Assembly (NCBI RefSeq): GCF_000143415.4
Contig: NW_003314271.1
Location: forward strand, 310,001-374,000
From: Selaginella moellendorffii
Lineage: Eukaryota > Plantae > Lycopodiophyta
Direction of reading: 5' to 3'
Length of the DNA: 64,000 bases
A program made the translations under genes and the position numbers. A model generated the notes under the pieces. The model did no database searches. It was given only the letters and a program-made list of their open reading frames with translations, and was not told the origin of the DNA. The stretch's first letter is position 1. Every line of letters starts with the position of its first letter. Positions 11,360 through 22,190 of the stretch are shown here, piece by piece.

Positions 11360-14290
11360 TTAGCTTCTTGATACTGGAGCTTCCATAAATCTCCTGCGGC
11401 TTCTTGCTGGAGCTGCTGATCTCGACGACAATGGCTGGGACGAACAAACACTGTTTCGCTGCTGTGCCGGAGTCATCTTCACGGGCTCTACTCTATTGCT
11501 GACGGTAGTGCTGCCCGAGATCACGGAACTTTGCTCCACAGCTGCTAGAACAGGTGTAGATAGCACTGGCTGATAGTCTCCACCAAATGGATTAGTTCCA
11601 CCACGTCCCAAGTTGCTCATTGTTCCATGGCTTTCACCGCTAGATCTTCCCGACGCTTTCGCTGCTGTGCTTGCCTTGGTGGTGGTGGTGACAGGAGCTC
11701 GGGCCTCGTTTTGCCGCTGCTTCCACACGTTCACTGCGTCGTTGATCTTCTTCTTTCCCAGGTTTTTCCCAGCAGCCAGACGCATGTCTTTCTCTCGTTC
11801 TTTTGCCTTCTTCATGGCAGCCTGTGCTGCAAGAGCAGCAGCAGCCACGGACTCCGCTAGACTCGGCTGCTTCTTTTCGTCACCAGCGTCTTCTTTGTCC
11901 TCGTCTTTCAAAGTACTAGCGTTTTCTGGAGCAGTAGCAGTATCAGCACCAGCAGCAGTAGCTTGAGTGCTTTCGTTGGCGTCTTCGTCGACATACGGCT
12001 GGTACTCCTGGGTTTCTTGGTCGTAACTGTACCACGCACCATCCTTTCCACTGTAGTAGAGCCCTGTGTTTATTCATTTTGTAAGTTCTAAGAAAATTCA
12101 AAACACGTGAAGGCAATCACGAACCTCGAGTTGCATCGTAGTACATCCCTGATGCTGCATCGTGATAGTAACCTGACGCCTCGTCCCAAACGAAACCGGT
12201 CTCTGGTGCTGCAGCACTATCGCCAATTTGATCATCTTGCTGTTGCGGGTTATACTCTTTCGGAGCCCAAGCGTACTGTCATTTACATCCGCGTGAGAAC
12301 ACATAAAACATAACAATTGCTTACTTGTTGAGGGAATGCTGCGGCCTCAATTGCAGAGGCAGCTATGCCACTTGCCAGAGCAGAGTATCCATTTAAGCTT
12401 TTGGCATATGATACTCTTAGAATCTGGCTGTTTCTCTCCAAAACACATCCGTTTGTAGCGTTCATGGCCCTTGTAGAATCATCAATCTGAACACAGCATC
12501 CAGCTTATAAACAACACATAAACTTCAACATGAAAGAAATACTCACCGAGTGAAATGAAACAAAAGCGTATCCCCGAGAGAGCTGAGTATGCCTATCCCT
12601 GACTATCCGAACTTCCTGCTTGAAATAACAAGTAAATTTCTGCACTAACAAAAATGTAAATTCGATCATACTTTCAGTGACGCGTGCTTGGAAAACTCGT
12701 TGCTGAGTATTTCCTCGTCGATGCTATTGTCTAAGCCCCGGACAAGCAAGACTTGGCTCGGACCTGGAAAACTCCACGTTAGTTTATGCTACAGAGAGAA
12801 ACCCAGAAACTAACCAGGATCTGAAAACTTCCTTCCGGCACTGATCGGAACCTCCGCTAGTGGTGCATCCTCCGCACGCTTTTCGTTGCACTGTTAACAC
12901 ATCCGAAAACAACGGGGTAAAGAATCAGAAACGTATCATCTCACCTGAAAGCATAATACACGGCGTGCAAAATTGGCACATCCACATAAAGTACATATCC
13001 AGTCATTAACTTCTCGGCCCGGTTGTCTTGCGCCAGGAAGTCCCCCAGGTCCAGCTGTTGGCTTGCTACTGTCACGATTTGCGGTGAAAAAGCTGCCATA
13101 AACATTCATGTGCAAAGTCATACCTGTATTCAAAGCAGAGCTTGCGGCCATCCAAAACCATGCCTTCATCCCAAGCCTCAGCCATCATCGTCTGTGCAGC
13201 TTCCTGTAATAAACTTACGCGCTCTCAGCATCGGAGATGAACATTTCTAATAGTTCCAGACAAAGTTCTTACCACGGACGGAAAATCTACGAAGGCAAAT
13301 CCGCGAGAAACGCCAGAAATTCGCTCTTTGATCACTCGAACGTGCTTCAAGGGGCCCCAGATGGCCTACATTCAACAGGGTAAGCATACAAAGAAATTAA
13401 GAAACGTAAAAGTCGTCATTCTTACGAAGGCCTCGTAAAGATCGTGCTCCCCGGTTTTTTGTGAAAGTCCCTTGACAACAATCGTAGCTGAAGGAGCCTG
13501 GCAACATTTACAAACAAGTTAAAAACAGGAAATCGTGTCGAGTTCACTCACCACTGCAGGAAAATCGTATCGGCCTCTGTCGTTGAGCTGTTTCTTTGAA
13601 TCGTACTGCAAGTTCCCGTGTTCCTCGTACGCTGTATCTCGTCCGTAGCCGTTCCAGGAAGAATTTGAGTTGCTCTTGTCGTCATAGCCAGAAAAAACCA
13701 CGCGATCACGTCCTCGACCACGAGCTGGGCTTCGGTCCCTGTTCCTGCTTCGGCTCCTACTCCTACTCCTGCTTCTACTTCTCTCTCGGTCTCGATGCCA
13801 GTCTCTACCTCGACGATACCTCTCGCGCTCAAACTGACCGCCACCCCTTGGATGCTCTTCAGTTCCATGCGTCGAGTACTTGTCCTCGTAAGACGACCAC
13901 TTCGAAGAGCCTCGTCTTCCATAGTCTTGGGCAGAGGCCCAAGAGCCCCCATTCTCGTTTTGGTGGTAGAATGCCGCTCCTTCATAGCCGACATCATCAT
14001 CCGGAGTATAACTCAATCTACGAACAAAACAAAGAGAAACACTTAAGAAACTGGAAGAAAAAAGAGGTAGAGAGCTCTCGATCGACTTACCGGTCACTTT
14101 GCTCGTAGCGAAGCCCATAGCCCTCCACAGCCTGTATAACGAAGAAGATTGAGTCAGGATCGCATTCGTTATGGAACTAGAGCATAAAGTCATGATTTTT
14201 AATGTCGCGAGGCGGCGGCTGCCGGGCTATCACTGAGAGAAGAAGAATTTAACGGTGTCATACGCTGCTAGAGTAACGCCCAGTGTCCAT
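11360..14290 (-). CDS. SUA: SUPPRESSOR OF ABI3-5 / RBM5-RBM10-like splicing factor (RS-rich, RRM, RanBP2 Zn finger, RRM, OCRE), multi-exon
   Basis: MDTGRY start (14290); RSRSRS tract; RRM1 PSATIVVKGLSQKT...SRGFAFVDF; DWICTLCGCANFARRVLCFQC; RRM2 VLLVRGLD...SRGYAFVSF; OCRE GFVWDEASGYYHDAASGMYYD; stop at 11360. No G-patch seen. Confidence 0.85.
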
Positions 14291-15127
14291 TCTCACTTGA
14301 GCTGCTGCATTGGCCAAATGATCCCCGGCAAGAAGAAGAAACAAGAAAGAATTTCGCAGCGCAGAGACTAGCGCGCAGCTAGAAATCTATCTGCAAACGA
14401 GGCGACACAGCGCAGTGAGGATCCAAGCTAGAGGAAGAAGCCGCATGAGCCCTAGCTACTGACCTCGATCCCACACGCCCTAAAATCTCTGAGGTCACAG
14501 GGTCGATTCCAGCCCCTTGCAAATATCGATAGATTCTGGGTTCGATTCTCAGGGCCCGCGCCTTTTAACCCCTTTTTGTGTTAAGAGCCCTATTTCGTTT
14601 TGTCTGGAGCGGCAGCGATTTGCCCTCTTGCGGTCGATCGGCGCGGCGCGGATTGGTCGAAGATAGATCTCGCAGCAGCGATCGCGCGCGCGCCCTGCTC
14701 TGGTCTGGAATCTGGATCGAGAATAGAATAAAATAGATTTCGATTTTAATAGGGGGTTGCCGGGTCGAGATCATCCAGGACAGGGAGTAAGCCAGCGCGG
14801 CTTGTCGCTGCTTGTTTGCCGTTTCTTCTTCGTGCTTGTGTGTCACCCTTCTCGCGCGAGAGAAGTCCCATCCTCCAGTCCATCCGTCCGTCCATAGTCT
14901 TGTTTTTCTCGTGTTCTCTCCTTTTTGCGTTCTCCACCATCCATTTCTCACGGGATACGTGCCACACGCCAGGCTTCTTCTTCAAAATCCCCTTTTTTCC
15001 TCCCTGGAATCCACTCTTTCAACTCAGTTGCCACTTCTAGATCCTTGGGTTGAATTTTCTCTCGTTGTTCTCCTTTCCTTTTCTTTGCTTTGATTTGCTT
15101 TGTGTGTTCCTCCTCTAGTAAGTGTGC

Positions 15128-15280
15128 ATGTCTGGAGTTTGTGTATGCCTGAGGTTGCTTTCGCCTCATCTCGGTTACTTCGTTTTTCTGTTCTTTATAT
15201 TTCCCTTCAAGTATCTCTTTTGCTCCCTGGATCCATCCTCGTTATCACAACCCAGTAGTAGTAAACACCATAAAAATTGA
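15128..15280 (+). promoter_or_regulatory. Candidate upstream ORF (50 aa) in the polyamine oxidase leader
   Basis: ATG 15128 to TGA 15278-15280 encodes MSGVCVCLRLLSPHLGYFVFLFFIFPFKYLFCSLDPSSLSQPSSSKHHKN and ends 24 nt before the PAO ATG. Confidence 0.45.
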
Positions 15281-15304
15281 ATTGTCGGCTTTCTTCTACA
15301 CGCA

Positions 15305-17579
15305 ATGGCACCCACGATGTTATCATCCAGTAAGAATTACTTTGTTTCCACCTCTTTGTTGCTAATTCCTCTCTCTTTCCTCAGATGATTCATCGTCATC
15401 TTCTCCTACTGTTCTCGTTGTAGGGGCTGGGATCTCCGGCTTGGCAGCTGCAAGAATGCTTCACAAAGCAGCGTTCAAGGTGGGAATCCTTGTCTCTTTT
15501 GTTCTTCACTTATTCATTTTGTTCATTTGATTTTGTAGGTGACGGTACTCGAGTCAAGAGATCGAATTGGAGGTCGGATCTATACAGACTTTTCTTTCGG
15601 ATTTCCTGTTGATATGGGTGCCTCATGGTAGTTTATGAAAAGAGCAAATCTTTTAAGGAAAGAAACGAGACGATCTTGTTCTTCTGTGCAGGCTACATGG
15701 AGTTTGCCAAGACAACCCCTTGGCTTCCTTGATAGGACGTTTGAGGCTGCCTCTTTACCGAACAAGTGGGGACGACTCTGTCCTCTATGACCACGACCTT
15801 GAAAGGCAAGCAAATTTGTTTTTGATAGGCGTCATCTAGGTGGTAGGAACACTCGAAATCTAGGAGTGAGTCTGAGTGTGCACAAAGTAGCTACTTTTAC
15901 TCTCTAGCTGCATGGGAAAGGACAGAGCATTCTGTTTTTTCTTATGTTGAGTTCTTGGGAGCTCTGGGTTAATATAGTTGCTCCAGGTTTCTATCAAGAA
16001 TCAGGCTTGCAGGCTCTGGCATCAGCGACTATGACTGAGATTTATCTTCCAGAGGTGATGTGATTTCAGGGAAATTTAATTCGTTAGCTCGAGTTCGTCT
16101 AGTTGCCGCAGATATTTCTGGAATGTTGTGGTTCTAAGGTATTTCTAACTCGTTCCATGATTTTGCAGCTATGCTCTCTTCGACACGGCAGGGAACCAGA
16201 TTCCACCGCAGCTGGTGACTAGAATGGGCGAAGTTTTCGAGGCCTTGCTTGAAGAGGTATCTTACTGTTTGTTAGAAAGCATAGCGTTAAACTCCTTTGG
16301 TTCTTTTCGTGCAGACTAAGAAAGTTCGTGAGGAGTTTGCACAAGATATGTCGCTGAAGCAGGCCTTCTCGATCATACTTAAAAGACGTCCAGACCTGAG
16401 GTACGAGCTTTCCTACTCCGACTTAGCACTAAATATCCCTGTTTCAGACAAGAAGGCCTGGGACACCGAGTTTTACAGTGGTACTTATGTAGACTGGAAG
16501 GATGGTTTGCTGCTGACGCAGATAAAATCTCCCTCCAGAGCTGGGATGAGGTGAGACATGACCAATTCTCTTCCCCGTGACTCAGATCCTTTCGTGTGCA
16601 GGAAGAATTACTTGAAGGTGGCCACGGCCTCATGGTCAAAGGTTATTGGCCTGTCGTTTTCTCTTTGGCCGAAGGACTCGATATAAAATTGAATCACAGG
16701 TAACACGCGCAAGAACACAATAGTCCACGACTGATGAGTTTTTCTTTTTTTCTTTGCATTTTGTCTGTCCAGAGTAACAAAAATAAGTCGACATCCGAAA
16801 GGTGTCCGCGTTGCTGTAGAAAATGGAAAGGTTTTCAACGCCGACGCGATCGTTGTTGCTGCTCCTCTCGGAGTGCTCCAAGCCAAGATCATAAACTTTG
16901 AGCCTCAACTCCCGGACTGGAAAGTAAAAGCCATCAATGAACTGGGTGTCGGAAACGAGAACAAGATCGCCATGCTCTTCGACAACGTTTTCTGGCCCAA
17001 CGTCGAGTTCCTGGGCGTGGTCGCTTCCACCACGTACGAGTGCAGCTACTTCCTCAACTTGCACAAAGCCACGGGACACCCGGTTCTCGTCTACATGCCC
17101 GCTGGAAATCTCGCCAACGATCTGGAGAAGCTGAGTGAATCAGCCGCCAAGAATTACGCGTTCTCGCAGCTCAAGAAGATATTGCCAAACGCTTCCTTGC
17201 CGGTAAGTTCTTTGCTGTTCTTTGGTCTCTAGTTTGGAGCTAAAAACTCTTGTTTTCCTTCTTGCAGACCAAGTGCTTGGTGTCTCACTGGGGATCCGAC
17301 GTAAACTCCCTCGGCTGCTACACCTATGACGCCGTGGGTGTCTCTCACGGCGCCTACGATCGACTGCGCGCTCCAGTGGACAATCTCGTGTTCTTCGCTG
17401 GAGAGGCGACGAGCAGCAGCTTTCCAGGGACCGTCCACGGCGCGTTTGCCACTGGAGTTCTCGCTGCCGCCGAGTGCCGCAAGACCATCGAGGAGCGATG
17501 CAAGGATCTGGAGCTCTTCCAGCCGGCCATGGCGGAAGAAATCGAGCTCGCCATCCCGCTCCAAATCTCTCGCCTGTGA
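15305..17579 (+). CDS. PAO: Peroxisomal polyamine oxidase (PAO2/3/4 clade), multi-exon
   Basis: [17 protein letters not shown] motif; ESRDRIGGR; DMGASWLHG; [16 protein letters not shown]; [10 protein letters not shown]; [15 protein letters not shown]; FFAGEATS...TVHGA; C-terminal PTS1 SRL*. Confidence 0.93.
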
Positions 17580-17639
17580 AGTCATGAATTAAATGAATGC
17601 CCTAAAATTTAAATCTATAGGCACATTTTTTTCCTGAGT

Positions 17640-17705
17640 AGGGTTTCTAGGCGCGATCGATCGAGAGCGTGGAGGGTTTCTAAGCCGCGATCGATCAGAG
17701 CGTGG
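17640..17705 (+). repeat. Two ~33-bp tandem repeats in the ERD2 5' region, each starting with a telo-box-like AGGGTTT
   Basis: agggtttctaggcgcgatcgatcgagagcgtgg / agggtttctaagccgcgatcgatcagagcgtgg. Confidence 0.7.
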
Positions 17706-17732
17706 AGCGGCCGATCAATCGGAGCAGCAGCG

Positions 17733-18797
17733 ATGAATATCTTCCGGCTCTGCGGCGACATGACCCATCTCCTCAGCGTCGTGGTGCTGCTGCTCAAGAT
17801 CCACACCATCAAGTCTTGCGCCGGTAAGGGAAGAGAGAAAATTTTCCTCGATTCTTTTGATTTCGTGCTGCTTAGAAATCTTTGCGCAGGGATTTCTCTC
17901 AAGACGCAGGAGCTCTATGCCCTCGTCTTTGCGACGCGCTACTTGGATATTTTCACGCACCATGTCTCGCTCTATAACACGGTTATGAAAATAATTTTTC
18001 TCGGAACCTCTTTCACGATCGTGTGGTACATGAGGCATCACAAGGTCGTGCGCCAGACTTACGACAAGGAGCAGGACACTTTCAAGCATTACATGCTGAT
18101 CATTCCATGCTTTGCTCTCGCGCTCCTGATCAAGACCAAATTCACTCCACTGGAGGTAAGTTATACTTGGCACCGACCTCTTTTCTTTGGTAGATGATCT
18201 TTCTTCTTTGCTTTTCCTTTTTCCTCTTTTTCTCATTCTTTCCTTTTGGTATGATATCATCTAAGTTTTTCGAATATGGCAGGTTTTGTGGACGTTTTCT
18301 ATCTACCTGGAGGCTGTGGCGATCTTTCCTCAGCTGGTGTTGCTACAGCGAACCAAAAACATCGACAACCTCACCGGGAACTATGTCTTTTTGCTTGGGT
18401 ACGCCTCACAAACTTGCTTTTGTTTCATGTTTTTGATTGCATTTCAGGGCATATCGAGGGCTGTATCTGTTGAATTGGATCGTTCGGTATTTCACTGAAA
18501 AGGGCTACAGGCAATGGATAAGTATGACATTTTTTTTTATATCACAACTTACCAAGGATTTTAAATTCATTTCTTCTCCGTTTTTTCCCGTGTGCAGCAT
18601 GGATATCTGGAATTGTACAGACCGCACTGTATGCGGACTTCTTTTACTATTACATCAAGTGGTACGGAATTTCAATCCATTTTTTTTTTTCCAATCCAAT
18701 TTTTTGTCTTTTTTTTTTCTTGAGTGTGTGTGCTGATCCTTCTTCTGTTTTGCGTTGCAGCTGGAGGAACAACGAGAAGCTTCATCTTCCTTCTTGA
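17733..18797 (+). CDS. ERD2: ER lumen protein-retaining (K/HDEL) receptor, multi-exon
   Basis: MNIFRLCGDMTHLLS...KSCAGISLKTQELYALVFATRYLDIF; WTFSIYLEAVAIFPQL; VQTALYADFFYYY; ends EKLHLPS* at 18797. Confidence 0.95.
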
Positions 18798-18970
18798 ACG
18801 TAGATTCTTGTATCTAAGCAGAGAGAGGAAGAGCGGCGAAGAACGCTCTCAGGGATCATCTACTGGAATGTGAGTCTTTGCTTGAGCAAATTTTCTTCTT
18901 TATCTCTTCACATTGGAGTTATATATCACACATCTTACAAGTCGATCAAGCTTCTCCTTGCTTGGAACTT

Positions 18971-19428
18971 TCATCCCTCTGCAGCTCGAAGCTCCTCGTT
19001 CTCCAGCCCCAAGAGAGTGACTGTAAAAGCCGAGTTTGGCAGAGGGACAATTGGCGGCACCACTTGTCGAGTATCCTCGACCTCGATTCCGGCCTGCGAT
19101 TCTTATCAGACACTGGAGATCCTACAAAAAGAATACCGACCTTCTTGGCGAGCTTCTTGAGGAGCTCCCGCTCCTTTTTCTGCATCAACAAGCACCAAAT
19201 GTAAGTAAATTTGCCTATCTAAGCCACTGAAATTCTCTCTTTTGCTCTCAGGAAGAAGAAACGAACCCAGAAGTACATGTTTTCCAGGGAGTGCTCGCGC
19301 TCCGACATATGATCCTTGGTCATGTCGAGAGCATACGGCGATGGAAGGTAGGCCATCTTCCTCGCGAGTAGCAAGCGGCACCACAGCGGCGGGAGGGTGG
19401 TAGCAGCACAACGCATCGCCATCGCCAT
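18971..19428 (-). CDS. Putative mitochondrial F1Fo-ATPase inhibitor (IF1)-like small protein, 3 exons, 107 aa
   Basis: Exons 19428-19267, 19179-19141 and 19093-18971, joined by phase-0 GT-AG introns, give MAMAMRCAATTLPPLWCRLLLARK...HMSEREHSLENMYFWKKERELLKKLAKKAGIE...; transit-peptide-like N-terminus and an IF1-type RE..E..YF....E.L..L pattern. Confidence 0.5.
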
Positions 19429-20539
19429 TGGAAAAGAGCGGCGGCACAAGTAGCTGTGAGTTTCTTCTAGATGGTTTCTAGAAAAGTAAACAGTGTTTTT
19501 CTATATCTATCCAGTCGCTGTGGAAGAAGACGACTGCGCACCACGAGTCACGCCTGGATTAGCATAAAGCAGAACAAAATCAGTAGTAATAATTGTCAAA
19601 TCCCGCCAAGATTTGCAGCTGCCATTTTATTGGAATGGTTAGCTAGCTTATATACTGTTTACAAGGCTCCTCTTCAAATTTAGCCTGGAAACTTTTTTAG
19701 TTGTTTTAGGGTTAGGCTATTCGAGAAGGTGGCTACGGAGGAGGAGGTGGCAGCAGTGGAGAAGGAGGAGTCTGTTTCTTGGCCTAGAGATTATGAGGTG
19801 TGTTAGCTCAGTTTCCACATTATCTCTACACACCAATTGACATTTGTTTTGCAATGTGTTACTTGCTTCACTTTGTGCTTCTTGTTCTGGTGTATTAGGA
19901 TGTGGCATGCCAAGAAGTAAAGTTTAATGGTGGGAGAGCATCTGCTGCATCACTCTGGGCCTGTGCTATAAGGGAACACTACCTCATCACAGCGCCAACC
20001 GGTGGTAGAAATTGGATACCGGAAAATGATTCTGATGGGTATTTGGTTCGGGACTTTTGCCAATACATCCAAGGATTCAAAGGAGCATTGCAAGTGTCTT
20101 CTGTCGCTGGAATTCGCAAGAAACAGATGGAAAGGATCAAGGAGGCTGAGCGAAATATAATTGGCAATCGAGGAGCGAATGAAAATGCAGCAGAAGAGCT
20201 TGTGGTGGCCGAAACAAGGTAATATTTTACTAAATTTTAATAGTAAAATTAAAATTTTATTTTTTCTCAGCAAAAAGAAAAGTAAAACCTTTAAGAAAAA
20301 GAAGAAATAAGATCAGAGAGTATTTGTCGGTAAGTCTATAACTGTATCACTTGTATTGCTAATATGTTGTTATGTAGTGAGACGCAACGAATTAATCCTA
20401 AGTCTTGATTTATATCCTTATGCTATTCAAATTACAAGTTTTAGATTATAGTAGTAATAAAATTTAGATTAATAAAACTTAATGTTATAATGTGTTTTTT
20501 GGGTTTTTTTTTCCCTGTTTTGATCAGTTTTTTGCACAG

Positions 20540-21460
20540 GTGTTGGTTGCGGGTAAATTCAAATTTTGGCTCTTTAGCACAGGAAGGATCACGGACTTAA
20601 AAACCATGAAGTACAACTTTGATCAGGTTCAGAGTTCCCTATACGCTTTGAGCGAGTTCAAGTATTTTTATTTTACTGTTTTTGTTCTGCGGGCAATTTT
20701 CTGGTTTGAGAGGGGTCATGCAAGGGACGTGCTGTTCTTGGCCACAACCGAAGGTGACCGCAAGAAGCATGACGAGTTCGACATGGACGACGAGAAAGCA
20801 TGGGGGCAAGTCCAAGTCATTTTCAAAGACGTTGGAATCGACACAGTCATTTTGGTCATATCTCGCCTCTACCTGTTGCACAACGCGGGCATAACCGAGA
20901 ATGCGACTTCAACTCTTGTACCTCAAAGATACTACCATGTTATTGTCAAGCCTTTTGAATCACAGCTGGAAAACATTCACTGGTTATAGTTCTGAATGAG
21001 GTGAGCACTAGTTTCTTGTCTTTTTTGCTGATATTTCCCTTGTGCCATTTGATGCCATGATCGATGAGGACAACAAATATTTGATCGAGAGGTATGCTGT
21101 AGCAACTATTTCCTCGTTAAGGCTCTTGAAGCATTGTGACAGGTCCTGCAACAGCAGCAGCAACGGCAATCGCGTTCGCCCCACCAGAGATCTATACTAT
21201 GCCAAGGGGTCGAATCCCTTCTAAAGAGTGCCAACGCACACAGCCTTGATCCGAGAGGGTGATGGAACAAAGGATTTTGTGCTCCCGAGAGTCCACTCAG
21301 GTGCGCATGGAGAAGATATACAGAAATCTGGTCCAAGGAATGGATATTGCGAGACCTCTCAGGGAGGCTGTTGTGGAGATGATCGAGGCCAATGATGGTA
21401 AGCCGGAAGCTTTACGACGTGAGCCACTGGGCAGCTTTCATGGTCTCTTGGAGTCCCTTC
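20540..21460 (+). pseudogene. Degenerate CHAT (caspase/separase-like) domain gene remnant
   Basis: YYHVIVKPFESQLE, PFDAMIDEDNKYLIERYAVATISSLRLL and STQVRMEKIYRNLVQGMDIARPLREAVVEM match the N- and C-terminal CHAT motifs; stops and frameshifts present, catalytic middle apparently missing. Confidence 0.5.
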
Positions 21461-21749
21461 ACGACACTGCCAGGACTTATAAGGTCGCTAGCAGCGTGTT
21501 CCAGGTGATTGGAGTGGCTCGATATGGCATACTCTTCACCATGGCTATTGCAGATCGATCATGCAGTGAGTGGTAGTGCTCTCAATCGATCAGAGCAAGC
21601 TAGAACTGAGAGAAACTTTATATCATCCTCCGTCTCCCATCAAGCTCATCACGGTTGGAGTCTCCTTGTCACAGCCAAGAGCACAGGAGATTCTTGGTAG
21701 CTATGGAGTCGAAAAAGTTGACAAAGCAGAGAGCTGCGAATGAAACAGA

Positions 21750-22190
21750 GCAAGCATAATAATATAGTACAAACATAATTAACATGGGAGATTACTTTTC
21801 CATCACAATCTCCCAAGTGTTTCCAGACTTCCTCTTGATAACAGCCACCTTTAACTCCTTCTAGCAACCACACATGAAAAGACTGACTTTTCCCACTGGA
21901 TGGCAAAATTCTGGTACTTAGTGTTGGGATCTTCTTTAGGGAACTTCACAAAGGGCCCATTACTTTGACTGTCAAGCCTCCATCCATCCTTGTAGAAGCC
22001 ATCTTTTTTCTTGAACGGACCAAGTAGAGTTCTCTGATAGAATAACAATGGCAACAATGTAATGTAGGAAATCCTTATATACCTGTGGAAGCCTGGTGTC
22101 ATCTAGGATATCATCGTGCCAATACTCCAGCAAATGCTGGATGTCCTTCTTGTCCTTTGTAGTCCCTTCTGTAATAGACCCTCCTGCAAT
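21750..22190 (-). mobile_element. Possible highly degenerate PIF/Harbinger transposase fragment
   Basis: Broken frames give YKGQEGHP, GPFVKFPKEDPNTKYQNFAIQWE, FSCVVARR and VNYVCTILL, in the same order as the Harbinger motifs (Y.G..P; FVK..P..K..FA..QE; FGVLQAR; ACIILHN). Confidence 0.3.

Noticed and set aside
19700-20330. Exon-like segments including the 106-aa ORF at 19902-20222
   Set aside because: No start or family motif recognised; cannot call a product.
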